Below, one piece after another: positions 12,926-27,158 of a DNA stretch of 64,000 bases. Both the position numbers and the translations under genes were made by a program. The stretch lies in NCBI GenBank assembly GCA_951406725.2, contig OX597823.1:51522001-51586000 (forward strand), given 5' to 3'. The stretch is from Octopus vulgaris (Eukaryota). The stretch's first letter is position 1; each line of letters starts with the position of its first letter. The notes beneath the pieces were generated by a model that had not been told where the DNA came from, ran no database searches, and saw only the letters and a list, made by a program, of their open reading frames with translations.

Positions 12926-13137
12926 CATATTCGCATTGTAATAATACTGTTAAATGTGCTTGGTTAGGTATGTGTGAGTCTTTAAAATATTCAAGATTAT
13001 TAAAGAAAATCACAAAGATATCGACAAGTCCTTTCTTAACGCACTTGGACAACAGATGTGGTTGCTGAGACCTAGCATTTCTTAAAAATTTAGTCACTAC
13101 TTAACTCAAACTATTAAGTAGAATGCTATTCAAGTTA

Positions 13138-13430
13138 CACAAAAATGCTATTCAAGTTAGAGGAACTGAACTTGGAAGTATTCTGTCATTCACCACATTC
13201 ACCAGACTTTTTACCTACTGACTATCACGTTTTCCAGGCATTAGGCAACTTTTTGCAAGAAAAAAATTTCAAATCTGAAGAAAATGTAAAAACAGCCTTT
13301 CGATAAAATGGCAAAATTGTGATGATAATTTAAGTACATTCTTTGATTAACTGCATTGCTTTTTGTTGAGATAAAGTAAAATAAACTTTCATTTCAAAAT
13401 CGGACATTTCATTCTTAATGACTTCATATT
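13138..13430 (+). mobile_element. Mariner transposase C-terminal relic with right end
   Basis: Translates KLEELNLEVFCHSPHSPDFLPTDYHVFQALGNFLQEKNFKSEENVKTAF../KWQNCDDNLSTFFD*, a degenerate HPPYSPDLAPSDYHLF motif, with an internal deletion. Confidence 0.85.
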
Positions 13431-13678
13431 ATAATCAAGATGATTATTATTATTATATGTTTGACTTTTGCTTTATATTTGTACAAGTTGGCTCCAAGTC
13501 TCACCTAGAGACCTCAAGAGACAACAGGTTGGAAGTTCACGTTGTTGTTATGCCTAGTGTGCCATGTATTTGGTTGTTTTTTGTGTTTGGCTGCTATTTC
13601 TAAATTTTCGATACGTGGTGAAGCAAATTTTTTGCTGAACACTAATTATAATTATACTCATAATTATAAAAAAATTGT

Positions 13679-13721
<43 letters not shown>

Positions 13722-13722
13722 G

Positions 13723-13886
13723 CAAGTGGGTGCTAGAAAGTTCCTAGCTTTAAGGGCATCGCAAAAAGCCTGGTTGGAGGCCCAAACTTCCGAATTCTTT
13801 TACAGGGCTTAGATAGCTGAAAGGCTTTCTTGTATTTTCTTGTATTTTCTTTTACCCAAAGCCAGGAACTTTTCAGCACCCCCTTG
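13723..13886. mobile_element. Tc1/mariner-type MITE
   Basis: ~29-bp TIRs CAAGTGGGTGCTAGAAAGTTCCTAGCTTT / AAAGCCAGGAACTTTTCAGCACCCCCTTG, followed by TA. Confidence 0.85.
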
Positions 13887-14801
13887 TACATTCATATACA
13901 CACGTAAACATAGGCACGTAAGCACGGAGGGGCCTACCGAGAAGTATGGGCATAATATAATTATATAACAGCAAGAGAAGGACACCTTTATTTTTATAAG
14001 GGATCAGAGTCTTACTCAAAACGTCTGGTACAGAACCTTCATGTATGCAAGTGTGTGTGCATAAATAAATTTATGTTTATGTGTGGATGCGTGTGTGTGT
14101 GTGCATGTATGTGTATATACGCACACACACAAGCATACAATCATATTTACACACACATATATATATAAACATAAACTCCTGAGTATGTGTATGTATATGT
14201 GTGTGCGTATGTGTGTGCGTATGTCTGCGAGTGTGCGTGTATGTCTATGTACGCACGTGATTTATATGAATCCACAAAGTAGTTTTGGTTGGTTCTTAGT
14301 TAGGGCAGCGGATTTAATCTAATCTCTCTAATCAGATTAAAGGACATTCTTGTTGAAATATATACTTTCGGACTGAGTGGTGATGCAATATCGCTAGCAA
14401 CAGTTATTGCTAAAGTATCTAAGTTTGACCAATAAATATGTGAAGCTCTCCGCAGGGCAGGGAAAACCACACATGGGATTAAGTTCTAAAGCTGAAATCT
14501 CTCAAAATCTATTTTAACTACTTGAGTAATCCAATAAATATGTATACTTGCATGTAAATTGAAGAGAATTTGCAAGCAAAATGATGTAAGTGCATATATG
14601 TCTAATAGCTGATGTATTTATGTATGATCTTTGATAATACGAAGAATTGTTCTTCTGAAAATGGTATGCGGTTTAAAGACTTTAAATTAAACTTTCTTTT
14701 ACTTACTTATATGACTTGTAAATATGGTCCAAATTATTTCAAAAATAGAGCACTACACTAGCGTTTGGTTCTTTGTAATATTTACTTAAAGAACATACGC
14801 T

Positions 14802-14955
14802 AAGCGCAAGTTTGGCTGCGTGGTAAGAAGTCTGCTTCCCAGTCTCATGGTTCTAGGTTCAGTCCCATTTCGTAGCCTATTGGGCAGGTGTCTTCTACTG
14901 CCGATCAATGTTTCGAGTGGATTTGGTAGATAGAAACTGAAAGAAACCTGTTGAA
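14802..14955 (+). mobile_element. SINE family A, 5' half ending at a (TATC)n tract
   Basis: Head TGGCTGCGTGGTAAGAAG..GGTTCAGTCCCA..GTGGATTTGGTAGATAGAAACTGAAAGAA. Confidence 0.85.
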
Positions 14956-15028
<73 letters not shown>

Positions 15029-15907
15029 GTATTTATGTATGTATGAACACGCACGCATGCACGCACACCCATACACACACATGCGCACACAGTCACATGA
15101 ACACACAGGCAAATACGAGCATATGCTTTTATAGATGGACGCAGAAGTGCTGTAAAGGTGTAGCAGTTATATGTATCCTTTATCACACGAGATGATAGAA
15201 GCTACATATGGGCATATAGATTAATGCTAAAGGATTTTAAAATTGATGGTTAAAAAGAAGCTAGTTCTATATACAAACCCCCCTAAGAAACCCGAATTAA
15301 ATTTTTTTGATAGAAAGTTAATGACGCCAGCACTTATTCCACCTCTATCTGACCTATGCCGTGATCAACTGTATTATGTATAAACATTCTTTTGTTAACA
15401 CAAAAATACCAAAATATCCAACCTTGCATACAAAAAGTATCGTGACTGAATACGACACATCTGTTTCCACTTTACTTCCACGCCTGACTGAATCCTAAAT
15501 AATAAAAATATTCCTATATCACACTAAAATAAATCTTTTCACCATACCTTTCTGTGAACTCAAACCCAACAGACACATACGTTTGCATTTCCTTTGTTTC
15601 CAACTTCTACACAACTGCCTTTTCTTTCTTACTAAACCACACCGAATTACCATTCACATTGCAAAACCTACCCGAAAGTAATTTACCAAAGTCTATCTAA
15701 AGCCAAACTGAACAAATGTAAACCAGAGTCTGAGAGGCGAACAAGTCGAAGCATGTATGTATGTATGTATTATGTATGTATGTATGTATGTATGTATGTA
15801 TGTATGTATGTATGTATGTATGTATGTATGTATGTATGTATGTATGTGTGTATGTATGTATGTATGTATGTGTGTATTTATCTATGTATCTATGTATGTA
15901 TAATCGT

Positions 15908-16318
15908 ATTCTTTTACTCTTTTACTTGTTTCAGCCATTTGACTGCAGCCATGCTGGAGCACCGCCTTTTGTCGAGCAAATCGGCCCCAGGACTTATTCT
16001 TTGTAAGCCTAGTACTTATTCTATCGGTCTCTTTTGCCGAACCGCTAAGTTACGGGGACGTAAACACACCAGCATCGGTTGTCATGCGATGTTAGGGGAC
16101 ACACACAAACACACAAACATATATATACACACACACATACATATAAATATATGCATATATACGACGGGCTTTTTTCAGTTTCCGTCTACCAAATCAACTC
16201 ACAAGGCTTTGGTCGATCCGAGGCTATAGTAGAAGACACTTACCCAAGGTTCCACGCAGTGGGACTGAACCCGGAACCATGTTGTTAAGCAAGCTACTTA
16301 CCACACACTCCTACGCCT
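15908..16318 (-). mobile_element. SINE family A, full length, between (TATG)n tracts
   Basis: Reverse complement of the family A consensus. Confidence 0.95.
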
Positions 16319-17104
16319 ATGTATGTATGTATGTATGTATGTACGTACGCATGTGTGTATGTATGTATGAATGTATGTATGTATGTATGTATGTATGTAT
16401 GTATGTATGTATGTATGTACGTATGCAGACTCAGTACTTGCACGCATATGCAGACATTCAATTTCACATTCATAACCTGTTATATTAGTGAGATTTCTAA
16501 TCTCGAGGCAATGAATGTGTTTTTCTACTGTTTTATGCGTTTCCCATTTTTAGTGTCTGTTTAAAGATTGCATTCAAAGGCAAATCTTCGTCTCTTAGTA
16601 ACTGTACTATTACGACTGACTGACAAATATCATACCAACATATATACAAATCTGTGTGCGCGCGTGTGTGTGTATGTGTGTGCGCGCGTCCACGCGAGTG
16701 TGCTTGCGTATGCGTACACATTCACATTTCTTTGTGTGTATGTCTCTGCATATGTTTCTGTCCGAATCGCAGAGTGAAAAATTAAGAATGTAATTATTTT
16801 TAATGCTATTAACTTTGCAAGCGCACGTGTGTGTGCGTATGGCTGAGTGTGTGTGTATCTTTGTGTGTCTGTCTCTGTGTGTCTGTATCTATGTATGTAT
16901 ATGCATGCATGTATGCGTGTGCATGTATTTTTTAGGTCGATAAGATAAGTAGCAAGGTAATCTCTGGGGGGTCGTGGTATTCGTTTAGCTTCATCCCTAT
17001 AAAATTTCGGGCCTTGTACCTTTATTAGAAAGGAATACTTAAATATGCATATGTTAGTGTTTTGCAGACGTTCATACACATACATACAATATGTATACAC
17101 ACAT

Positions 17105-17137
<33 letters not shown>

Positions 17138-17619
17138 CTTATATACATATGAGCTTCATTTAGATAATGAGGTATACGTTTGCAGTTACATATTTATGTG
17201 ACTGAGAATATATATATATATGTTGTTAAAAGTATTTTCTGGAACACGTGTTTAACTGTTTTGCGTGCACTCATGTTAAGATGGCTGCTCGTTTGTTTGT
17301 TGATTTGTGTGAATAAATGTGCGGCCCCTATATGCGTTCATACCGAGACCCCGTATATTCATTCTTATATACGTGTATGTTTTTCTGTTTGCTAGTGTGT
17401 ACTTACTGCAATGGTATGTGTATACATATATATACATGCACGTCCACATATCAATGCAAGAGTTCCCACAACGCCAAGAAATGTATTCTAACATGGCGGC
17501 GAGTTTGGGGGACATTTCAGCTAAAGCTGATTACTTCTGTTTAGTTAGTTCTTAAAGGCGCATAAAAAATTGGAGTATCATAAATCGAAAGCCTGTGACA
17601 TTTAGAAGTTTTATATTGT

Positions 17620-18720
17620 AGCCCTCGCTCTCTCCTTCCCGCTCTCCCTCACTCTGTCTGTCTGTCTGTCTGTCTCTTTTTCTCTATGTATCTATCTAAT
17701 TGTTTATGTAGCTGTTTATCCTCTTTTTTCTATTCACCTTCTCTAACCCCTTTCTCTCCCTCGAACTCTCCCTCGAACTCTCCCTCGAATATACTCTCCC
17801 TCTCTCTCTCTCTCTCTCTTTGTGTAATTTATTTCTTATCTTCCAACTCTCTCTTTTACACATTCTTCCCTTGCCTTCTCAGAGAATAACACGCCGAAGT
17901 CATTCAAACATTTTTCTTTCTTTTTTCTTTTTTTTTTAGTCTTTACAATCAATAGCTTTTCTCGGACTACCATTACTTTACTCATTACTACAATAACCAT
18001 TATAGTCATCATCATCACTATCATTCGAAATTCCAGTCCATCATACTAATATGACCTACTTCCAAAGCTTCAGCCACGATGTAGCCATTCTTCCTTTCAC
18101 TGAAACCAAACCCAACTTTAAACTTATCCTACAAGTACCATTTTATGTTACTCACCAAGTTAACACCAATCCATCTTGATTACAACCTCCACCTTTTCTC
18201 TCTTTCATTTCCCCCGTCTTTCGTCCCTTATAACTCACAAACCACTTCTTACTTTTCTTTCATTTCCCTCCTCCCTATATTTTCTCTTTTACCATATGTC
18301 TCCCACTGTTTCTTTACAACTCTCCTTTCCCTATACTTTATTCACACACATAGGTATACATACACACAGACAAACACACTCATGTATGTGTGTATGTATA
18401 TGTATACCTTCTTTACTACTTTCATTTTTATCTTAATCAAATATTCTCACTCACTCTCACACACACACTCTCTCTCCTTCTCTCATTGACTACCAATTTA
18501 TTTTCTCCTCTATATATCCTATACATTATATCCCCACCTTCATTCTGGTGTCTCCTTTTCTCATCCTTTCTCTTTTACTCTTGCTTTTTTTTCTGACTCA
18601 CACACAATATCCTTCAATTTGTTACCTTATACTATTTCTCCTTCTTCCTCTTCCTATCTCCATCAAGCACTTTGAATCTCTCTCTCACTCTCCCTTTCTT
18701 TCCTTTCACATTTGACTTCT
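17620..18720. repeat. Pyrimidine-rich low-complexity tract (decayed (CT)n); similar tract at 20480-20960
   Basis: Strong C/T strand bias seen directly. Confidence 0.7.
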
Positions 18721-19149
18721 CAGAAGGCCATACATTTTATGAGAGCGACATAGTCTATTAAATCTTCGTCTGTACTAGATTGGTATTTCTTACATTGACT
18801 CCAGGTTAACGAAAGGCTTAGAAAAACTAGTTGAGATTTGAACTCAGAACCTGAATAAATATAATCAAATAGGATAAGATATTTAAATCAGGACTTTATT
18901 CTATTTCCCAGCGACTAGTAGATTGAAGAGTGGGTGGATCGTTGGAGGAATTTGAAATGTTAACGAAAGCGGAAGCATCTGATTGTCTTATATTATTTCG
19001 TTGTACCCATGTAGGTTCAGATTTCACATCCCACTATATGTAGATTTACTTCTTCCATGCGCCATCAGCTGGATGCTGTGACTCCTTGATGAGTTCTTTG
19101 AGAGGTGCAATGTGTTTGTCAAAAAAATTTGGTGATCTCTCTCTCTCTC

Positions 19150-19200
<51 letters not shown>

Positions 19201-19283
19201 ATTAGAGATAAAACCACTATTAGGCAAATCAAACAATGAAAAATATAAGCCAATACATAAAATTAATTTAATTTATATTTTAA

Positions 19284-19350
<67 letters not shown>

Positions 19351-19390
19351 TGTATGTATGTATGTATGTATGTATGTATAAACACACACA

Positions 19391-19840
19391 CAGACATGCT
19401 GGAAGTAAATAGACACTTTTCATTTTTTTAATTTCTGATCTAAACGTCTTAATATGTTTTCAGCGGTATAGAATTTACAATGTAATTATTCTTTTTTATT
19501 CCATGTGCTATTATATTAAGCATTTGTGAAGAGTAACTATGCCACGCACCAAAAATTCAGTAGAACTGTCAGATTTTCAAAGAGGTCGTATTGTTGGGCA
19601 ATCTGAGACTGGTCTTAGCCAGCGAAAAATTGCCGAAAATCTTCAAATTCCTCTTGCTACTGTTAATAGAATAGTGCAATTCAAAAGCCAAGGAAAAGAA
19701 TCAACAGATTCTCGTCACGGCCGACCTGGGCCCTCGGAGAGGAAGCTTCGCTGTTTGAAGAGAATTGTGGAAAACGAACCGAGTTCGAAAGGCTTCTGAC
19801 ATTGCAAAACAGCTAGAAGTTAGTCCAAGAGCGTGTATTA
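19391..19840 (+). mobile_element. Tc1-family transposon 5' fragment (N-terminal paired-like HTH)
   Basis: ORF 19539-19799 [53 protein letters not shown] matches a Tc1 N-terminus (ELS...RGRIVG..E.G.S...IA..L....TV.RI..GRP). A probable left TIR lies near 19391. The DDE domain is absent. Confidence 0.88.
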
Positions 19841-20599
19841 CACATCCCAGTTTCTGAGTAGAGATGTTTGGTTGGAAATAAAATCCAACCAATAGTAACC
19901 TATAATCCTACAAAATGTCCTGATACCAAAGGAGTTCAGGCAGCTCTTAAGGGTCCCACACAATGTTCAGGTTTCACAATTGGTTTGCGAAACTTACCTT
20001 GACATTCGGAAAGTAAAAGCCGGAGCTAGTACCGATAGCATTTTCTCTAACCTTCTAACAATTCTTTCAATCTACATTCCTTGATAGAGGAACCTTTGAT
20101 GATTGTCTGTACAAGGATGAAAAGCAAATTTAGAATCGAGATGTGACTTCAGTTTTAAAAAAATTCTGGAGTCAATTCATTCGACTAAAATTCCTGAAGG
20201 CAGTGCCCTAGCATGAACGCAGTCTAATGACTGAAATAAGAGATAGAAGATTAAAAAAACATATCGAAACGTTTGAAATCATTATTGCGATATGCTTTTT
20301 CAAGAGTAATGTTAGGTAGAATTAATAGAACAGCTTACAAACCATTTAATGGATTCAGTTGCGTCTCACTCTGTATTTTGAATTCTTATTCTCACCAAAG
20401 TACGGATCAATCAGTGGGTTGATATACAATCAATCATTGTATGCGCGCCGCCCAAAATTATAGTTTATGTCCAGTGTTAGAAATGATCGTTTTTCTTTCA
20501 TTTGTTCCTCCGTAACAGCTTTTTGTTTACTCTTATATTCACTATTTTCATTTAGTTTCTTCTACCAACCTTTCATTCATAACATGCTATCTCTCCAAA

Positions 20600-20632
<33 letters not shown>

Positions 20633-21599
20633 TATTCCCTCTGCCTCTCTCTTCAATCTTTGCGTTTCTCCTTTTCACCTAATCTATCGTTTTCACCCTC
20701 TTTTTATTTTTCTCTGGTTAAACTCTCTTGTCATTTCTATACTTTTCGTTCTCTTTATCCCCCCTCTCTCAGTTCCCTGTGCTACTACCTTCCTTGTTTG
20801 TTCCTGCATTCTGTTCATTATCGTGTCCCTTTTTATTCATTTTTATCCTCTCTTCTACAGCTGAGATTTCGTATCCGCTAATACTTTTCCAGCTCCTCTT
20901 TTCCTTCCTCTCCTCGTTTTGTTACGTATCTCTGATTTACTTCCATCTCAAGCTAGCAATGTATATAATATCATGCAAGTCAAGCGTGTCACAGATTCGC
21001 ATTCTGAGTTCAAATCTAGTTAGCAACGTCTTTGCTCTTTAGTGTTATGTAATAATTAATAGGGATATACTGGATCAATTCCATCGATTATCGATTATAC
21101 CTCTTTTAAAATAAATGATTATATGAAGTTCAAAGAAGAAAATATACCAAATTACTTGTATGTGATGTTTGATTTCCCATCCAGTTATAAACCTTTACAA
21201 TCGGAACGAGTGCCCTGTTTCACAACGAGGCTTACCTGTATGAACACCGTTCTTCATGCTAAAACCTTCATGTGTTACCTTCCGCAGCCCACAGGAAACT
21301 TTATTTTAGATCTCTATTCCTTTAATGATGGTTGCAACAGGTCATGGTGGTATACGACACCCAACTACGGCACCTGTACCCTTTTACGTGTATTAAACTA
21401 GACCCTTTTTATATACCGTGTGAAAAATGGAGTACAAACCAACTCATTTTCTTCGCTATAGTAACATACTTATAACTCGGTGATCTGCAGCTGTTGTAGA
21501 AAGTGCAATTACAGCAGATGCACATAGTATTTTATCTCTTAAAAATACAGACTTTTAAGCAGTAGCGCTGCGTCAGCCTAAATAGGATTCAATTTCATT

Positions 21600-21929
21600 T
21601 TTTCCTTGTTTCGATCATTGGACAGCGACCATGCTAGGCCACTGCATTGAAGAGTTTTAGTAGAACGAATTTTCCTCAGTACTTATCAACATTTAAAGCC
21701 TGGTACTTATTTTATGGGTCTATTTTGAGAAGCTGCTAACTTACAGAGACGTATATGTATATATATATACGGCAGGCTTCTTTCAGTTTCTGTCTACCAA
21801 ATACACTCACGTCTTTGGTCGGCTCGTGGCTATAGAAGACACTTGCCCAAGGTGCCTCGCAGTAGAACTGAACCCGGAACCATGTGGTTGGGAAACAAAA
21901 TTTTTACCACACAGCCACGCCTTCGCCTA
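21600..21929 (-). mobile_element. SINE family A, diverged with internal deletion
   Basis: GGCTTCTTTCAGTTTCTGTCTACCAAAT..GAAGACACTTGCCCAAGGTGCC..ACTGAACCCGGAACCATGTGG. Confidence 0.88.
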
Positions 21930-22399
21930 ATTGAAAATGGACGTAAGAAATCTTTTCCCACATTAATTACATTTGTTAATGAAAGTAAGTAAATAAAAAA
22001 ATATTTCACTCGCGCAAAGATTGGTCTGAGTTCGGCGAGTTTAGATTTTTCATCGATGATGTATTATATTTGAGATATGTCAAGGTAAAAATGTAAATTT
22101 AGAGTTAAAATTTTGTTGCTCACAATAGTAATTTTGTAGTATGCTGGGAAGTGGAATATAGAACAAATTTGAAGCCTAATATTCTACATTTGTTCACTTG
22201 ATTAGAATAGCAATGTTTTCCATGTATTCTGAAGGGGGGGGGGTCAGAACTTTATTCACCTCCTCTGGCATTTAGAATCTATACCATCACCACCATAAAC
22301 ATTTTTAAAAACTTTTCTTGTAGTTACTTTTCTCGTTTAAGAATATCAGTCTCTCCTATATAACTTATTGTCATAACTTCTTTTTTTAATTTTCTACAC

Positions 22400-22725
22400 C
22401 AGGAGTTCTCAAACGGGGTCCACATGGACCTTGGAAGTCTATATAAGATATATTTGGCGGAGAGGGGTCGATAGATGCAATACAATTAATTGGGAGTCCA
22501 CGGTAATTTTGCAGGGGCTATGAAAAAATTGTGCTTCAAACCAGTAAAGTTTACTGCAATAAATTGGTTATGCTGCCATAATACACAAAATATTTTAACA
22601 ATTACTTTTATAAAATTCCTAATATTTAATTATAAAAATACAATAGGATTTTTAAATATCGAATGGCTATGGTGGTCCACCCAAGGTAAATAAAAATCAA
22701 AGGGGTCCATGGTTGAGAACCACTG
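22400..22725 (+). mobile_element. hAT (Charlie-like) MITE
   Basis: TIRs CAGGAGTTCTCAA / TTGAGAACCACTG. 8-bp TSD TTCTACAC/TTCTAGAC, the Charlie-type NTCTAGAN target. Confidence 0.88.
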
Positions 22726-23746
22726 TTCTAGACGATGCAGTTGAATACTCATCGTCAAACCGACGGAGATGCATTCTTTATTTTGCAGTCCTAGTTGATG
22801 ATCAAACATGTGTAATACTTTATAAAATAAAATCAAGTTATACTATAAACATGGAATATTATTTGAGAAAGAATACGTATACTAGAGTTCGATATTAGAA
22901 TATCGTATGATATTTAGAACCTACACTATAACCTAATTATCATTCAACAGAGCTCTGACTATCCCAGAAAAATTAAACTTACCACCAAAGCGTATATTAA
23001 GGCAAGAAGAACTCAAATGTATCACAGTTCAATGAAGGTTATGTCGCCCAAAACTTCTAATTTACTGTGAAAACTATTCTTATATATATATGTATATATA
23101 TATATAAACATATATATATATGATACCTTATAAAATGATACAGTGATACACATACATACTGTAGGATCTGTTGTTAGAAGGCTCCAAGATAAAAATGTTA
23201 CATATTATTCAAGACTCACTGACTCGTTTTGCCTATCCTCCTTTAGCGTGCGCCGTTATCTCATACTTGGTTGTTCTAGGATTTGAAACTCTCAGAGAAG
23301 CAAACCTGAATTTTCTATTATAATATCTCGATTATTTTGATGGAAATTTCTAAAATTACTTTTGTGTTCTTCAGTTTTAGTTTCAAACACAAAAGTTTGA
23401 TTTTCAAATATAAACAATGTAAAGGACGACCCAAATTTTATATAAAATTAAATGTGTATACAATAGGAAAAGTAACAAGATTGCTACAACCAAAATGAAA
23501 ATAGTTATAATGACTTGTTCACAAATTCCAAATATTTTTGCCTTATATTTTCAGCACTAGCACAGTTTCAATATTTTTATTCCCAAAATAGAAAAAAATT
23601 CGTCTCCAGTGGTCTTTGTTATTATTTTTTTCTACACATCGCACGGATGATGGAAATTTCTTTACGAAATGTTGAAAATTAATATTCTAATATAAGACAG
23701 ACATGTAATTTGAACGTGAACCATGTTTGTCTGTGAGTTCAAAACT

Positions 23747-23927
23747 AACTAACGAAGCTAACACTATTTCGCGAAGGTCGGTGCATTGGTTGCTTTGTGA
23801 GAGAGAAAACGTATAATTTGTTTGATTTTAACTCTAACTCTACCCAATTTCTCCCTCTCGTTTAGTCGAAAACCCAATTTTGAACAACTTTTATAACCGT
23901 CGTGAAACAGCGCTTGCTTCGTTAGTT
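23747..23927. mobile_element. Old MITE-like inverted repeat element
   Basis: ~32-bp imperfect IR AACTAACGAAGCTAACACTATTTCGCGAAGGT / ACCGTCGTGAAACAGCGCTTGCTTCGTTAGTT. Confidence 0.5.
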
Positions 23928-25740
23928 TATTTCAACATTCAATCATGTCCACAAATGACATTGTTGGCTTATAAAAGTTTCAGAAGTTTCCGGTTGTGAG
24001 ATGTTCAAACGAACAGTAGATTACGAACAAAATGTATACTATCAAATACAATCAAATTGTAATGCTCTTTCAAACAACTTTATAGTTACAAACGTAAATA
24101 GTAAAGATGAAAATAAACTAATTATGATACAGAACCGGGCATGATGAAAACAATAAACAAAGAACCAGTGAAATTTCAAAACAAAGTTTTTGAAATTATC
24201 AAACCCTTTGAAACCAATTCTTTAAATGCTTCATGGGTTGGCAACCAGGTGTGCAAATGTCCCCGCATACGTTTTTTCAGCTACTCCGGGAACTTGGCTG
24301 GGTTCCCTGCGTTGATTTTTGAGATGTTAGCGTTTTTGAATCTGAGTGGAGGAATGTTGTCGTGGTTGTATACCCCAAGATACTTTTCAACTAGCAATAC
24401 TATCGTCAAAGACATTTCAGTGGTGATTATCTCGCTTGCTGTCTTTTTTATTTATCACGAGTACATTGTCCAGTGTTTCTATCCTTTTTTTCAGAATGAT
24501 AGTATGATTTAAAGGAGTATGATTGCCAATTCTAGTAGGAAGATAGCTAAACTAGTCATTGATTAGATCTTTTTAGTTGTAACATAACTTTTTGGTGTAG
24601 TGGATCGTTAAGGTTGAAGGAAGATTCGTGCATTTATCTTTCTTCATATTATAATCTTCATTCTCAAAATTGATAATTTAGAAAGATATTCCCCTTTGTT
24701 TTAGAAACGAAAATGAAGCATGTAGCATACAAGATTAAATCATTAAAAAATTGCTAAACTTCTAAACTAAAAAAGACAAATTCCTAGCAAACTATAGCTT
24801 GAATTTTAACTGGAAATAAAAGCAAACGGTTTTTGTAAACTTGTTAGTTCTTGCAGTTAATGCTATTCTCTTTCAAAACTACCAAAATTTTGATCATATT
24901 TAACAATTTTGCATTACCAAATACTATTTCGATTCGATTTTGGCATGCAGCTGGAATATACCTATTTCTACTTGGTGATTGTTCTTTTCACTGTGGTTAG
25001 TCTACATGGATTAAAATTTCTCATTCCGGGTGAGTTATGGGTCTTGCTAAAATACCAAATAACTGTATAAATGGGGACCGACGACAACAACAAATAGCAT
25101 ATTTTTTGTTTTTGCTTACGACCAAATCAAAACAACTTGAGCAAATCTATTATCAAAAGCATTTTAGCCATCATCACCTCCATATTCATCTTTTCCAAAC
25201 AGCGCATATAGGATTGAACTACCTAATATCTGCTTCCTTCCTTTTTTTATATGACAAAACAGCGTTAGATTATTTGGCTGCTATTATTAGCAAGTTTAGG
25301 AAATATAGATGATCTTCACTCATTAGCTCAGTACATTTTTGTTAGTTACACTGGCCGCCGTCATCGTTGTGTTATGGAACATTTTATTGCAAACGAAACC
25401 TAAATTCTCTGAAAAACATTCCTCCAGAAGCTGTTATTCAATACACAACACTAGACAGTGATGGTTGGCAAAATGAAAGTCGTAAATAAGAAAAAGGCCT
25501 CTCTTTCAACAGATTATGAATAAATCATTAAGCATTAGGTTTCCCCGACGCTTTTCCTTAAATATTGACGACTGTCCAGACTAGTGGACAGGCGAACGAA
25601 TGACCAGTCAGACTGATATCAAGGAAGGGCGAAACTAAGAAGAATGACTAAATGACGGGCAAATGAAAGATATCTGATCCTACTTGGTGACATGAGATGG
25701 GAGATGGAAACGAGAGGACAGTGGAGTGAGCGAGCGAGCG

Positions 25741-25776
<36 letters not shown>

Positions 25777-26118
25777 AAAGAAGGAAAGGAAAAGAGGTGA
25801 GAAAATGAGAGACAAATAGTAAAGGAGTAAGAGATAATCAGGAAAATCTTCCATGTTTATCTACTTCAGTTGATTCTTTCAGCGGCAGGTTTTTACTGAA
25901 CATGAAACGAACAGTTTGACAAATTGTAACATAGCCATTCAGTGTTAGATATGATATTAAATAGGGGGAACTTCAGAAGGGAAGAGGTCAGAGATTGTTC
26001 TGTTTTTCTGTATTTTCTATATTTCTCTCCTAATCTTCTTTGGTTTGTATGTGTATGTGTGTGTATAAATGTACACACACATACACATATATGACTGAAT
26101 ACACATGTATATACATAA

Positions 26119-26171
<53 letters not shown>

Positions 26172-26210
26172 TATCTATATCTATATATATATATACATAT
26201 GTATACATAC

Positions 26211-26263
<53 letters not shown>

Positions 26264-26733
26264 CATGAATAAATGGTCGGATGGATTGATAAGTTACTCT
26301 GTGTCACTGTCAAACACACATCTTATGTAAATTTATGCATGCCTGCTTAAACATTGCCCAACAACTAAATTAAGTCTTAAATACTCAAATGATAAAATCC
26401 GACATTCAGGTCATGGTCGAAACGTTTCAATCCCCAACAGTGAAGTAATTGTCTCTATTACCGCTGATTGTATGTCTATTCCAGTCTGCTTTGAAGCGCT
26501 CGATAAAACTGAAACAGTCTCCAAGTTAAAAACACTAATATGATGAGGAGAGTATAATGTCCCCTCCTGTCTACGATTTCTTTGTCCCTCTCTTTCACAA
26601 TCTTAATTTTCACTGTCAGACACCAGCTCTGACTTCACTTAACTTTCAATGACATCCTGCATCGATCAACGATAATCCCCTACCTTCAAATAATTTTTAC
26701 GTTTCCCTTTATATCTCTCCTGTCTTTCCTGTA

Positions 26734-26950
26734 TCTTTTACTTGTTTCAGACATTTATCTACGGCCATGCCGGAGCACTGCTTTGAAGGGTTTAATCGGA
26801 CAAACTGACCGCACCACAAAACTTTTTTTGTTTTGTTTTGTTTTTAGTCTTATTGTGTCCGTTTCCTTTCTATTGCTTTTGCCGAATCGCTAAGCAGACC
26901 AACACTGGCCGGCATGTGGTGATTGACGTCAAAGACAGTATGAATACAAA

Positions 26951-26993
<43 letters not shown>

Positions 26994-27158
26994 ATACACA
27001 GTTCCTTTCAGTTCCCGTGTACCAAATCCATTCACATGGCTCTGATCGTCCCGGGACAATATTAGAAGACTCTTATCTAAGTTACCGCACGGTGGGTCTG
27101 AACCCAAGACGACAAGGTTGGGAAGGAATGTTCTTGACCACACGTCCATACCTGCACT
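26734..27158 (-). mobile_element. SINE family A, old diverged copy
   Basis: TCTTTTACTTGTTTCAG..GGCCATGCCGGAGCAC..TTTTGCCGAATCGCTAAG..TCTGAACCC. Confidence 0.85.

Noticed and set aside
24141-24512. 123-aa ORF, and an antisense EKYLGV motif
   Set aside because: No family resemblance on +. A single KYLG motif on - is insufficient to call an RT fragment.
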